Shown piece after piece: positions 9,343 through 19,675 of a DNA stretch of 64,000 nt. The DNA lies in NCBI GenBank assembly GCA_000995125.1, contig LBXA01000001.1, positions 15,511-79,510 on the forward strand. Reading direction: 5' to 3'. Numbering within the stretch: the first letter of the stretch is position 1; every line of letters begins with the position of its first letter. Source of the stretch: Candidatus Moranbacteria bacterium GW2011_GWA2_39_41 (GTDB taxonomy: Bacteria > Patescibacteriota > Minisyncoccia > Moranbacterales > UBA2206). A program made the translations under genes and the position numbers. Under the pieces are notes generated by a model, which ran no database searches, had not been told where the DNA came from, and saw only the letters and a program-made list of their open reading frames with translations.

Positions 9343-10524
9343 AAACTTTTTTTAATCAAACTTGGCAAAGCTTGGAATGTGTTGCGACGCGATGGCATTC
9401 TGGGTGGAGGCAAAAGAATATTTGGATTTTTCAAAGAATTTGTGAAAAACATTTTTAGTATTCGTGCAGGCGACATTCTTTTTGTGACCGCAGGCGTTGG
9501 CGATAGCGCCCTCTATCGTGCACACAATCAGGCAGAAGAATTGCGTTTGCATGGTTTTAGTGTTTCAGTGACAATGCAAGACAATCCTTTCTTGCCGATG
9601 TTGGCCAAGAAATTCAAGGTATTTGTTTTCCATCGCACTATGCAAACCCCAGCTATCACGAAGATGATTGAGAAAATCAAAGCGCAAAAAGGCGAAATCA
9701 TCTTTGAAACTGACGACTTGGTTTTTGATGTTAAGTATATTCAGCAAACTGATCATTATAAAAACATGTCTTTCTTTGAAAAGAAACAATATGAAAAGGG
9801 GATTGGCGAAGACATCTTGAAAGATCCATATGTTAAAGTTTGTACCACTAGCACGCAGTTTATTGCTAAGAAGTTGGCAGAATATGGTAAGCAAGTTTTC
9901 GTGACCACTAACAAGCTTTCACAATATTGGTTGGATTTGGCTGATCAGCTTTTACAAAATCACAAACAAGACAAAGAAATTCGCGACAAGGTTCGCATCG
10001 GCTATTTCAGTGGCACAGTGGGACACAACAAGGACTTTGCCACCATATCAGAAGCCTTGATTGAGGTTTTGCAAAAATATCCGCAAGTTGAAATATTTTT
10101 GGCTGGTCCGTTGGTGTTGGAAGAAAAATTCAACGCATTGGCGAACAGATTTGTACGTTCACCTTATGTTTCTCGTGACAAACACTTTGAAAACATTTTC
10201 TATTGTGATATTATTTTAGCGCCGTTGGAAATGGATGATTTTTCGGAAGGCAAATCAGAATTGAAATTTTCTGAAGCAGGTCTGCTGGAAGTGCCGGTGG
10301 TAGCCGCGCGTAATCAAACTTTTTCTGGCGCCATCACAGATGGAGAAAATGGATTTTTGGCGGATCACAAAGAAGAATGGGTGGAAAAACTTTCCAAGTT
10401 AATTGAAGACAAGGAATTTAGACAAATGATGGGCAAAAAAGCTCGCGAAAAAGCTTTGCAAGATTATACGACGAAGAATAGTCATGAAGAAGAATACTAC
10501 GCATATTTAAAATCCAAAATATAA
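9340..10524 (+). CDS. Glycosyltransferase family 4-like
   Basis: FETDDLVF, IGYFSGT, KSELKFSEAG, DGENGFL. Confidence 0.88.
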   Translation: MKLFLIKLGKAWNVLRRDGILGGGKRIFGFFKEFVKNIFSIRAGDILFVTAGVGDSALYRAHNQAEELRLHGFSVSVTMQDNPFLPMLAKKFKVFVFHRTMQTPAITKMIEKIKAQKGEIIFETDDLVFDVKYIQQTDHYKNMSFFEKKQYEKGIGEDILKDPYVKVCTTSTQFIAKKLAEYGKQVFVTTNKLSQYWLDLADQLLQNHKQDKEIRDKVRIGYFSGTVGHNKDFATISEALIEVLQKYPQVEIFLAGPLVLEEKFNALANRFVRSPYVSRDKHFENIFYCDIILAPLEMDDFSEGKSELKFSEAGLLEVPVVAARNQTFSGAITDGENGFLADHKEEWVEKLSKLIEDKEFRQMMGKKAREKALQDYTTKNSHEEEYYAYLKSKI

Positions 10525-10560
10525 ATGACAAATGTCAAATAAAATATATATTATAAAATT

Positions 10561-11517
10561 ATGAAAATTCTTGTTACGGGTGGTGCAGGGTTTATCGGTT
10601 CACATGTCACCAAAAAATTATTAGAGCGAGGAGATAGCGTGGTTTGCGTGGATAGTTTCAATGATTATTATTCACCCAAAGTGAAGGAACTGAATGTGGC
10701 GCAATTTGCGGAAAATCCAAATTACAAACTATATCGCGGTGATATCACAGACTATGAATTTTTGAAAAACATTTTTGCTACAGAAAAAATTGAGCGTGTT
10801 TTTCATCCGGCGGCGCGTGCGGGTGTGCGACCTAGTATTGCTGATCCTTTTATTTATGCCAATACAAATTATGTCGGAACTTTGAATCTTTTGGATTTGT
10901 CCAAAGATTTTGGTATTGAAAATTTTGTCTTGACCAGCTCTTCTTCGGTCTATGGCGAAAACAAAAAAGTTCCCTTTGCGGAAACTGATGTTGTCGATTT
11001 CCCAATCTCTCCCTATGCGGCCACAAAAAAAGGCACCGAGCTTATGGCGCATGCCTATCACTATTTACATAAATTAAATGTGAATGTGATTCGACCGTTC
11101 ACAGTCTATGGTCCAGGTGGACGACCAGATATGTTCCCATTCTTGTGCACCAAATGGATAGATGAGGGAACTGAAGTGAAAAGATTTGGCGATGGCTCAA
11201 CTCGACGCGACTACACTTATATTGATGACATTGTGGATGGTGTGATTGCCTCAATCGATCGAATTTTTGGTTATGAAATTTTCAATCTCGGAAATTCTGA
11301 TACAGTGGATTTGAATAGCTTTATCGCAGTGGTAGAAAAATGTTTAGGCAAGAAAGCCAACATCAAAGAATATCCGATGTTTTCTGGTGATGTGCCAATC
11401 ACTTATGCTGACATCACCAAAGCTCGCAAAATGTTAGACTATAATCCAAAAACAAAAATTGAGGACGGAATGAAAAAATTTGTGGAATGGTATCAAGAAA
11501 ATAAGCAAAATTATTAA
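10561..11517 (+). CDS. NAD-dependent epimerase (UDP-glucuronate 4-epimerase-like)
   Basis: TGGAGFIG, ARAGVRPS, SSSSVYG, YAATK, RPDM, RDYTYIDD. Confidence 0.92.
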   Translation: MKILVTGGAGFIGSHVTKKLLERGDSVVCVDSFNDYYSPKVKELNVAQFAENPNYKLYRGDITDYEFLKNIFATEKIERVFHPAARAGVRPSIADPFIYANTNYVGTLNLLDLSKDFGIENFVLTSSSSVYGENKKVPFAETDVVDFPISPYAATKKGTELMAHAYHYLHKLNVNVIRPFTVYGPGGRPDMFPFLCTKWIDEGTEVKRFGDGSTRRDYTYIDDIVDGVIASIDRIFGYEIFNLGNSDTVDLNSFIAVVEKCLGKKANIKEYPMFSGDVPITYADITKARKMLDYNPKTKIEDGMKKFVEWYQENKQNY

Positions 11518-11522
11518 ACAAA

Positions 11523-12302
11523 ATGGCACGACAACACGAAAATTACAAAGAGCTAATTTGGATGCTGGCCAAAACTGACTTCAAACTGCGCTATCACGGC
11601 AGTGTTTTGGGTTATCTGTGGGCACTGTTGAAGCCTTTGTTGACTTTTGCAATTTTGAATTTTGTTTTTTCTTCAGTTTTCAATCCGCGAGGCACCGGCA
11701 TGGACACCTATTCTTTGCAATTGTTGGTCGCCTTGATGATGTTCTATTTCTTCGCTGAAGGAACCAGTGCTGGTATGAACTCACTTTTGAGCAAATCGCA
11801 ATTGGTGACCAAAATCTATGTCCCGCGTTGGACCATCATCTTGGCTTCCACCATCAATGCGACTTTGATTTTTTTGATGAATCTAGTGGTGATCATCTTC
11901 TTTTTCGCGCTCAAAGGTTTCATGCCAAGTCTGGCGTCCATTGGAATGTTTCTGTTGTTCTCAATTTTCATCTATATCATAGTTTTGTCTTTTGCCTTGA
12001 TAACCGCGCCACTCTACGTGAAATTCCGTGACCTTTCCATGATTTGGGAAGTGCTCCTGATGATCATCATGTATGCTTCACCCATCATTTATCCCTTGGC
12101 CACTTTGCCAACTCAATATCATCAATTTATTCTCTTGAATCCTTTGGCCTTTATCATCCACTTCACCAAAGAATCTTTGATTAATAATCACTTCGCCAGT
12201 CCTATTCAATACGTTGTCTTTGTCTCCATTGTGCTCGGCGCCTTTGCTTTCAGCATCTGGTCCTACCGCAAAATGGCTCCACGGATTGCGGAAGATATGT
12301 AG
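11523..12302 (+). CDS. wzm: ABC-2 polysaccharide export permease (Wzm/TagG-like)
   Basis: DFKLRYHGSVLGYLWALLKPLL, KIYVPR, FRDL, YASPIIYP, LNPL. Confidence 0.9.
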   Translation: MARQHENYKELIWMLAKTDFKLRYHGSVLGYLWALLKPLLTFAILNFVFSSVFNPRGTGMDTYSLQLLVALMMFYFFAEGTSAGMNSLLSKSQLVTKIYVPRWTIILASTINATLIFLMNLVVIIFFFALKGFMPSLASIGMFLLFSIFIYIIVLSFALITAPLYVKFRDLSMIWEVLLMIIMYASPIIYPLATLPTQYHQFILLNPLAFIIHFTKESLINNHFASPIQYVVFVSIVLGAFAFSIWSYRKMAPRIAEDM

Positions 12303-12484
12303 ATTTTATGAGATTTTGATATTGATATTTGAGATTTTAAGGAAATTATTTGACCTGTTTAATTTTTGAACAAAATCTGCCAGACGATAACAAATTGGAG
12401 GAATTAAACAAAAGTGACAGGATTTGCACAATTAAAAATAGTGTGTTATAGTTAATATCCAAAAAAATTAATAAGGTTTTTGCT

Positions 12485-13201
12485 ATGGAAACTTCAGAAT
12501 ATCCAATGAGAATAAATCGCTACCTTGCCAAGAGGAATTTTTGCAGTCGGCGCGAGGCGGATGGTTTGATTGAGAAGGGATTGGTCACAGTCAATGGAAA
12601 ATTGGCTGTTTTGGGCGCTCGAGTGAATGAGGATGACAAAGTGGAAATTAACACAAAAAACACGGCTGCGATCAAAAATCGTCAATATTTTGCTTATTAT
12701 AAACCGATTGGAATTGTGACGCATTCTCCAGAAGAGGGGCAACGTGGCATTGAAGACACTGCCAATTTTTCAGCGGAATTTTTTCCCATTGGCCGACTCG
12801 ACAAAGATTCGCATGGTTTGATTATTATGACCAATGATGGTCGCATTACTGACAAATTACTTAATCCGAAATATGAACATAGCAAAGAATATTTAGTGCA
12901 TGTGAACAAAAAAATCAATAATTTTTTCGTACGCCATATGAGCGAGGGGATTGAACTGGAAGATTTTCGCACCAAACCAGCGATTGTGGAACGATTGGAT
13001 GACTTTGTTTTTCGTATTGTTTTGACTGAAGGCAAGAAACATCAAATTCGTCGGATGTGCACTGCTTTGGGCTTTGAAGTGACTGATTTGAAGCGTATGC
13101 GCGTGATGAACATCAAATTAGGCAGTTTGAAACCCAACCAAAAAAGAGAAATAAAAGAGGTTGAACTCAATATATTTTTAACTAGTCTAGAAATTATATA
13201 A
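12485..13201 (+). CDS. Pseudouridine synthase, RsuA/RluF family with S4 domain
   Basis: RINRYLA-SRREAD (S4), GRLDKDSHGL (catalytic Asp), EGKKHQIRRM. Confidence 0.93.
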   Translation: METSEYPMRINRYLAKRNFCSRREADGLIEKGLVTVNGKLAVLGARVNEDDKVEINTKNTAAIKNRQYFAYYKPIGIVTHSPEEGQRGIEDTANFSAEFFPIGRLDKDSHGLIIMTNDGRITDKLLNPKYEHSKEYLVHVNKKINNFFVRHMSEGIELEDFRTKPAIVERLDDFVFRIVLTEGKKHQIRRMCTALGFEVTDLKRMRVMNIKLGSLKPNQKREIKEVELNIFLTSLEII

Positions 13202-13205
13202 TTTT

Positions 13206-14168
13206 ATGCTTACTGATGAAGTGAAAATCAAGGTCTTTGCCGGTCGAGGAGGCGACGGAGTAGTGGCTTTCAACAAAACCAAAATGAGTCTTGGTCCAAC
13301 GGGCGGCACAGGTGGCAAAGGTGGAAATGTATATTTCCAAGGCGTTTCGAATTTGTCCGCTTTGAATAAATATAAAAACAAGCCCAAACATTATGCAGGC
13401 AATGGCAAGAATGGTCAGACCGACAATTCTGATGGTCGCACTGGTGAAGACATTATTTTGACTGTGCCAATCGGCTCCGTTTTGCATAATTTGACCACAG
13501 GTGAAGATATTAATGTAAAAACAGTGGGTGAGCCAATTTTGGTGGCCACTGGTGGATTTGGTGGTCGGGGAAATTTTTGCTTCCGTTCGCCAGTCAACAC
13601 TTCACCTGAGGAGCGCGAAGAAGGTCGACCAGGTCAAGAGTTTGAGTTTATGCTCGAACTTCGTTTGATTGCTGACATCGGATTAGTTGGTTTACCAAAT
13701 ATTGGGAAATCGAGCTTGCTGAACGAATTGACCAAGGCAGATGTCAAAGTAGCCAACTATGAATTCACAACCCTAGAGCCCAATTTGGGGGCTCTGGAAG
13801 GCATCATAATCGCGGATATTCCTGGATTGATTGAAGGTGCTTCTCAAGGCAAGGGATTGGGTATAAAATTCTTGAAACATATCAAGAGAACCACGGCTTT
13901 GGCACATTGTATCTCTTTGGAATCAGAAAATCCGAAACGAGATTATGATATTATTCGCAAAGAATTGGGGGATTTTGATCCTGAGCTTTTGCAGAAAAAA
14001 GAGATCATTCTGTTGACCAAATCTGATTTAATGGCAAAAAATGAAATTGATGCTAAAATTAAGGAGGTAGTAAAAATCAACCCAGCGGTGGAAGTCATCT
14101 CGATTCATGATTGGGACAGTCTGCAAAACATCCGTAAAGTGTTTTTGGAATTAGCTAAGCCTCTGTAA
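13206..14168 (+). CDS. obgE: GTPase ObgE (short form without C-terminal OCT domain)
   Basis: Gly-rich Obg domain, GLPNIGKSS, YEFTTLEPNLG, DIPGLIEGA, TKSD. Confidence 0.95.
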   Translation: MLTDEVKIKVFAGRGGDGVVAFNKTKMSLGPTGGTGGKGGNVYFQGVSNLSALNKYKNKPKHYAGNGKNGQTDNSDGRTGEDIILTVPIGSVLHNLTTGEDINVKTVGEPILVATGGFGGRGNFCFRSPVNTSPEEREEGRPGQEFEFMLELRLIADIGLVGLPNIGKSSLLNELTKADVKVANYEFTTLEPNLGALEGIIIADIPGLIEGASQGKGLGIKFLKHIKRTTALAHCISLESENPKRDYDIIRKELGDFDPELLQKKEIILLTKSDLMAKNEIDAKIKEVVKINPAVEVISIHDWDSLQNIRKVFLELAKPL

Positions 14169-14320
14169 CGAAATAACTTATACGATTTCGCACTCATCTT
14201 CACGACATCTTTGCTTAAAAAAATTCTCAAAGTATCTCGATACATTCTCAAATTTTTTTAAACAAATCTGACGCAAATCTGAGCACGAACTTGCACAACC
14301 TATTTTGTTACAGAGACTTA
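14156..14320. mobile_element. MITE-like 165-bp palindromic element overlapping the obgE stop
   Basis: 20-bp terminal inverted repeats TAAGCCTCTGTAACGAAATA / TATTTTGTTACAGAGACTTA (18/20), TA at both ends, internal symmetry. Confidence 0.65.
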
Positions 14321-14349
14321 AATAAATTAATTATTTTTAAAATAAAAAA

Positions 14350-14571
14350 ATGGAAAATAAAATCCTTTACATTCTCATCGCCATCGCTGTCTGGTCAATC
14401 CCGTGGAAAGGTTTTGCTCTGTGGAAATCAGCGCGACGTGGAGATTCTGGTTGGTTTATTTTTTTGCTACTCGTCAACACTATCGGCATAATGGAAATTG
14501 CATATTTATTTATGTTCTCCAACAAGCGTAAAGTAATAATAAATCAATCTGAACATGGAATTCAGAATTAA
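14350..14571 (+). CDS. Small membrane protein (DUF5652-like)
   Basis: WSIPWKGFALWKSAR, WF, LVNTIGIMEIAYL. Confidence 0.8.
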   Translation: MENKILYILIAIAVWSIPWKGFALWKSARRGDSGWFIFLLLVNTIGIMEIAYLFMFSNKRKVIINQSEHGIQN

Positions 14572-14582
14572 ATAATAAATTT

Positions 14583-15281
14583 GTGTATTGGATATATCTT
14601 GGCATTTTTACGTTTGCAGTTATGATTCCAGATATTTTTAAGGAAGATGTTTTTGGCGTGGCACATGAGCAAATTCAAGAGCTGGCTATATTTTTATTGG
14701 GAATAGCTGGCTTTTTATTTTTTATTGTAAATGAAAAAAAATTAGCGTTGCAGCAAAAAGAAAAAGATCGCGAACAAAAAAGATTGCAGCAAACAGCTAA
14801 AGATTTAGTAGAGTCATATAGCTATATTGGTGAGGTAAATCGAAAAATGGAACTGTTAATGCAAGTTGGTCTGGGGTTATCAGAACGATCGACTATGAAT
14901 AAAAATCAGGAAAGAGAAATTTATCAATTAATTTTAGATTCAATCAACTTTCTTCTAAAAGCAGAGGGATCGACAATTCGTTTTGTGAATATGAAAACTG
15001 GACGAATTGTTAAGGATGTTGTTTTTAATGAAAAATATCGGGCGCTGGAAGATGGCATTGATTTTTTTAAAATGGAAGAGAATGTTTACATCAAACATGT
15101 GCGAGGTTATATGGTTTTTTGTTCACAAAAAACTATCAATGACGTAAAGGGTTATTTGATAGTAAAATTGCCAGACGAGTTTCAGAGTCATGATAATAAT
15201 AATCAAGAAATTATAAAATATCTAATTTCACAAGCTTTATTTTTATACTCATACTTTGTAAAGACGCCCACTCGGCAGTAA
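14583..15281 (+). CDS. Hypothetical protein: 2 TM, coiled coil, cytoplasmic domain
   Basis: 232-aa ORF, GTG start, followed by a terminator. Confidence 0.75.
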   Translation: MYWIYLGIFTFAVMIPDIFKEDVFGVAHEQIQELAIFLLGIAGFLFFIVNEKKLALQQKEKDREQKRLQQTAKDLVESYSYIGEVNRKMELLMQVGLGLSERSTMNKNQEREIYQLILDSINFLLKAEGSTIRFVNMKTGRIVKDVVFNEKYRALEDGIDFFKMEENVYIKHVRGYMVFCSQKTINDVKGYLIVKLPDEFQSHDNNNQEIIKYLISQALFLYSYFVKTPTRQ

Positions 15282-15296
15282 CAGCAATAGCAATAT

Positions 15297-15334
15297 AAAA
15301 AATCCATCTGATTTATAACAAGATGGTTTTTTTA
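15297..15334. terminator. Bidirectional intrinsic terminator
   Basis: AAAAAATCCATCT...AGATGGTTTTTTT between convergent genes. Confidence 0.7.
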
Positions 15335-15355
15335 TTTGCTTAAAGCCCTTAAGTT

Positions 15356-16189
15356 CTAAGATCCTTTAATTAGCTCAAAACCTTTCTTTTTCCAATTATC
15401 TAACCCATCGGAAAGAATAAGAGCATTGAATAATCCCATATCAAATAAACGCACACCGGCCTTAAAAGCCCAAAGTCCATCATTATCATATAATATAATT
15501 TTTTTGTTGAAAGGGATTTCGGTGCGTCTCTTTTCCAAATCTTCTAAATAAATATTAGTTGCACCTTTAATATGTCCTTCATTAAATTGGTTCTTTTTGC
15601 GTACATCAAGAATAATTAGATTATCTTCTGTTTCCAGCATCTCTTTTAATTTATCTGTTTGAATATATTTAATCTTTGATTGATCAACAAAGGAATCTGG
15701 ATCCCCAGCAGAAATCGTAGAGTTGAAGTCTAGTTTCCAAGCAGTGAAGCCACCATCGAGGTAAGATATGTTTTTGAATCCGATATTTGTTAGAGCTTCT
15801 ACAATCAATGCAAGCGACTCTATAGATGAATCATAGTCGATAATAATATAATCATTGTTTTTATCTAGTGGAGACATAGCATCAACAATAACTGATAATG
15901 GTATATTTTGTGAATCTAACAAGTGTTCTTTGGAAAAATCGGCAGCATCGCGCACATCAATAAGACTTAGATTTTCTGGGTGAGCTAATATTTTTTTAGC
16001 CAGATCGCTGGTAGAAATTTTAGTGGCATTTTGCATATTTTTAATCGGCGTATCTTTGGATGCTTCACTAATTTCCTTGGCAGTATTTTGTGATTTATTT
16101 AATCTAAAAAAAGCTAAGCCACCTATAGAGATGATTAAGATAAGTCCAATGATCATAGCGACAAGATTACTGGTATGATTTTTTTGCAT
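15356..16189 (-). CDS. Membrane-anchored tandem rhodanese-like domain protein
   Basis: Two IDVR/LDVR...H(L/I)..(S/A).NI repeats; no catalytic Cys. Confidence 0.85.
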   Translation of the reverse strand: MQKNHTSNLVAMIIGLILIISIGGLAFFRLNKSQNTAKEISEASKDTPIKNMQNATKISTSDLAKKILAHPENLSLIDVRDAADFSKEHLLDSQNIPLSVIVDAMSPLDKNNDYIIIDYDSSIESLALIVEALTNIGFKNISYLDGGFTAWKLDFNSTISAGDPDSFVDQSKIKYIQTDKLKEMLETEDNLIILDVRKKNQFNEGHIKGATNIYLEDLEKRRTEIPFNKKIILYDNDGLWAFKAGVRLFDMGLFNALILSDGLDNWKKKGFELIKGS

Positions 16190-16193
16190 ATTT

Positions 16194-17141
16194 TTAACTT
16201 AAAATACTACCGATGAAATTTTTATAGCCATTTGAAAAATTAAGAATTTTTGTGACAGGCTTACCCTCCAATTGTACTTCTTTCAATTCAATTGCACCAG
16301 AAGCGGTTTGCACAAAAATTGAATTCTCAATTCGAAATATTTCACCATTTTTGTATTCAGCAAAACTGCTCGTAGCAAGTGCGACTGAGTTCAATTTCAA
16401 GTGCTTATCATTCCAACTAGTGAAAATGCCAGGCCAACTAGCAAAGGCACGATATTTATTAAATATATTCTCAGCAGACTGATTCCAATCGACTTGTCCT
16501 TCCTCTTTGCGAATCATTTTGCAATATGTAGCGTCATTGTCATTTTGTTTGCGTGGTTTGGCTTGGCCAGAAATTAGTTTTGGCAAAGTTTCTAAAAGTA
16601 ATTTCACAGACAGCTTAGTCAATTTTTTTTCTAGTTCAAAATAAGTCTCATTAGTATCAATATCAATTTGCTCTTGTTGTAGGATATGGCCAGTATCAAT
16701 CCCAACATCCATCAGCATAATAGTTGTGCCAGTGACTTTTTCTCCATTCAAAAGTGCACTCTGGATGGGGGATGGACCACGGAATTTTGGCAATAGTGAT
16801 GGATGAATGTTGACCGCACCCAATCTCGGCAAATCCAAAACAACTTGTGGCAAAATCTTGCCATAAGCAATGAGCACAATTAAATCTGGGTTCATTTCGC
16901 GCAAGTTTTCAATGGCCTCGGCATCTAGTCGACGTGGATCAAAAACCGGAATAGAATTTTTCTCAGCCAAAGTTTTGACAGGTGATTTTTGCAAAACTTG
17001 TTTGCGGCCCACCCTTTTATCGGGCTGAGTGTATACTCCAACGATGTTATATTTATCTTGAAGAAGCGCACTCAATATGTCAGCTGAAATTTCTGGCGTA
17101 CCCATGAAAACTATACGCAAATTTTCTTTTGTATCTGTCAT
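16194..17141 (-). CDS. fmt: Methionyl-tRNA formyltransferase
   Basis: IVFMGTP, TQPD, NIHPSLLPKFRGPSPI, MDVGIDTG. Confidence 0.97.
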   Translation of the reverse strand: MTDTKENLRIVFMGTPEISADILSALLQDKYNIVGVYTQPDKRVGRKQVLQKSPVKTLAEKNSIPVFDPRRLDAEAIENLREMNPDLIVLIAYGKILPQVVLDLPRLGAVNIHPSLLPKFRGPSPIQSALLNGEKVTGTTIMLMDVGIDTGHILQQEQIDIDTNETYFELEKKLTKLSVKLLLETLPKLISGQAKPRKQNDNDATYCKMIRKEEGQVDWNQSAENIFNKYRAFASWPGIFTSWNDKHLKLNSVALATSSFAEYKNGEIFRIENSIFVQTASGAIELKEVQLEGKPVTKILNFSNGYKNFIGSILS

Positions 17142-17609
17142 TTATTTTTTAACTTTCTTTCTAATTTTTACTTCTTTCTCGATATAGAGTTTGCCATCTA
17201 GGTGATCAATTTCATGTTGCAACGCGCGAGATAGAAGACCCTCAGCCTTAATAGCAATTTCTTCACCCAATTCATTTTGTGCTTTGACACGAACTTTCTT
17301 AGGCCGCTTGACGGGAATAAATTTGCCAGGAAATGACAAACAACCTTCCTCCCAAGTTTCTTGCAACCAAGATTTGTAGGTCACACGTGGATTGATCAGA
17401 ATATAAGTCATATCATCCACGCGGATGACACAGAGTCGCACGGATTTGCCAACTTGCGGAGCGGCCAATCCCACGCCATTATTGGCTTCCATAGTTTCCA
17501 ACATATTGGCAATCAATTTTTGGATAGAGGGTTTTTTGACATCCAAAACCGGCTCGGTGACTTTGCTGAGAATCGGATTGGGATATTCAACTATTTTGAG
17601 TTCTGGCAT
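17142..17609 (-). CDS. def: Peptide deformylase
   Basis: GVGLAAPQ, EGCLS, QHEIDHLDG. Confidence 0.98.
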   Translation of the reverse strand: MPELKIVEYPNPILSKVTEPVLDVKKPSIQKLIANMLETMEANNGVGLAAPQVGKSVRLCVIRVDDMTYILINPRVTYKSWLQETWEEGCLSFPGKFIPVKRPKKVRVKAQNELGEEIAIKAEGLLSRALQHEIDHLDGKLYIEKEVKIRKKVKK

Positions 17610-17614
17610 GTGAT

Positions 17615-19618
17615 TTAGATTATACTAATTGGATCAACATCTATGAGCCAGCCAGTCGGCAAAGCTTCGATGATGGTTTTGATTTCTGCAGGCAACTCTT
17701 TGTTTTTTAATTTTATAATAATTTGTTCCCGATGTCGTCCACGCACATTGGCAATGAATGATTTCTGTGGTTCAGAAATGCTGACTTGCTCATTGATTGA
17801 TTTTTCTAACATTGCATAAAGTGTGCGAGTGACAGTTGAAACTTTTTTGGCATCATAATCTTGAAAAATCAATTTGATCAATTTGCCAAAAGGTGGCAGT
17901 GACAAATCCTGCCTATTTTTTATTTCACGCGCAAAGAATTTTTCAAAATTGCGCTGCGCGGCAAAACGGAAAATTTCTAGATTTGGATTGAAGGTTTGAA
18001 TGATGACTGAGCCGCGAAATTTGGCATGTGGTCGATTGGATCGACCTGAAACCTGCACAATATTTGAAAAGGCACGAAAATTCACGGAAAAATCAGGAAT
18101 TGAAACCATATTATCCGCGTCAATTATACCAATCAAAGCCACATTTGGCAAGTCCCAACCCTTGGTCAGCATTTGCGTGCCAATCAGAATATCAATCTTG
18201 CCTTCGGCAAAATCATGATAGGTTTTTTCTTGAGCACCAGCCTCTTTCATGGTTTGCGAATCCATGCGGGCAATTTTGGCGCTGGCAAACATTGAAGCCA
18301 TTTCCCGTTCAATTTTTTGAGTGCCCAATCCAATATTTTGAAAAATCAAACCTTTGCATTTGGAGCAAGTGGGTGTGATGGAAGATTGAAAGGTGCAACT
18401 GACGCATTTATAAACCCCGCTGTTGTCATAAATCAGCGCGCGTTCACATTTGGGACATTTCAAAACTGTTTTGCAACCAGCGCAAATGGAAAAGCTACTC
18501 ATGCCCTGGCGATTGATAAAGAGAATTGTTTGCAATCCATTTTTCAAAGCATAAGCAATTTCACTGCGCAGTTTGCGCGAGATGGGAGAATGATTTTTCT
18601 CCCACTTTTCTTTTTTCAAATCGACAATAGAAACTTCTGGTCCATCATAATCTTTTTTCGGCGCATCAGGAATTTGCAAATGCGGAATTTTCACCAAGAC
18701 AAATTCTTGGTCAATAGTTTTTTGAAATGATTCAATGCTGGGCGTGGCGGAACCGAAAATGATTTTGCATTTGTGCAGTTGCGCCAATTTTTCAGCTACC
18801 GTGCGCGCGTCATATCTGGGATTCATATCCCATTGCTTGAAAGACATATCTTGTTCTTCATCTACTACAATCAGTCCCAGTTTCTTGAAAGGCGCAAAAA
18901 CTGCCATGCGCGTGCCAATGACAATTTTGATTTCGCCAGCTTTGATTTTCTGCCATTGGGTGAAAAATTCACCTTTGGAAACTTTGCTCGTCAAAACACT
19001 GATATTTTCTGCTCCAAATTGCGCGCTATATCTCTCAATGGCTTGGGGCGTCAGAGTCAGTTCCGGCACTAGAATCAACACCTGCTCATTTTTTTTGAGT
19101 TGCTTGATACTTTCAATATAGACCTCAGTCTTGCCAGAACCAGCTGGACCGCACAATAGGTATTTGGTATTTGGTATTTGGTATTTGGTATTTATTTTTT
19201 CAACAGCATCTGTTTGTTCTTTTGTAAGCTTGATATTATTTGTTATTTGTTTGGGATTCGTATCTTGTTTTTTGTTTCTTTGTTTCGTTCGTTTCGGCAC
19301 AAAAGATTTCATCACAATGCCCAATGGTGAAAAATAATACTCTGAAATAAATTGCGCCAATTCAATTTGTTTTTTGTCGAGAAAGTTCTCTTCTAAAACA
19401 CTTGAGACTTTTTTGAGTTCAATATTACCCAAGCGCGCAAAGTCTGGACGATAGCCCGTCACAACACCTTGCGCTTTGCGATGGAAAAGTGGCACCTCCA
19501 CCAAAGAGCCAGCCGTAATTTCAACCTCTGACAAATAGGAAAAAGACTGATTCCGAGACAATGGAATTCTGGCAATCGGCACCACATCGATGATGATTTT
19601 AGCTTGTTTTGTACTCAT
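17615..19618 (-). CDS. priA: Primosomal protein N'
   Basis: GPAGSGKTEVY, VPELTLTPQ, VDEE, Cys-rich zinc region, GTQMLTKG. Confidence 0.96.
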   Translation of the reverse strand: MSTKQAKIIIDVVPIARIPLSRNQSFSYLSEVEITAGSLVEVPLFHRKAQGVVTGYRPDFARLGNIELKKVSSVLEENFLDKKQIELAQFISEYYFSPLGIVMKSFVPKRTKQRNKKQDTNPKQITNNIKLTKEQTDAVEKINTKYQIPNTKYLLCGPAGSGKTEVYIESIKQLKKNEQVLILVPELTLTPQAIERYSAQFGAENISVLTSKVSKGEFFTQWQKIKAGEIKIVIGTRMAVFAPFKKLGLIVVDEEQDMSFKQWDMNPRYDARTVAEKLAQLHKCKIIFGSATPSIESFQKTIDQEFVLVKIPHLQIPDAPKKDYDGPEVSIVDLKKEKWEKNHSPISRKLRSEIAYALKNGLQTILFINRQGMSSFSICAGCKTVLKCPKCERALIYDNSGVYKCVSCTFQSSITPTCSKCKGLIFQNIGLGTQKIEREMASMFASAKIARMDSQTMKEAGAQEKTYHDFAEGKIDILIGTQMLTKGWDLPNVALIGIIDADNMVSIPDFSVNFRAFSNIVQVSGRSNRPHAKFRGSVIIQTFNPNLEIFRFAAQRNFEKFFAREIKNRQDLSLPPFGKLIKLIFQDYDAKKVSTVTRTLYAMLEKSINEQVSISEPQKSFIANVRGRHREQIIIKLKNKELPAEIKTIIEALPTGWLIDVDPISII
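19159..19193. repeat. (GGTATTT)x5 heptamer tandem repeat inside priA
   Basis: Five perfect units; encodes the KYQIPNTKY segment. Confidence 0.95.
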
Positions 19619-19675
19619 GTTCTAAGAATAGCATAAATATTGCGTATAGGCGTATTTTAAGCTAGAATTTAGTAT
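19619..19675. promoter_or_regulatory. Divergent sigma70-type promoters, probably leaderless, for priA and thpR
   Basis: Plus: TTGCGT(19640)-17-TAGAAT(19663)-7 nt-ATG; minus: TGcTATTCT-6 nt-ATG. Confidence 0.6.
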
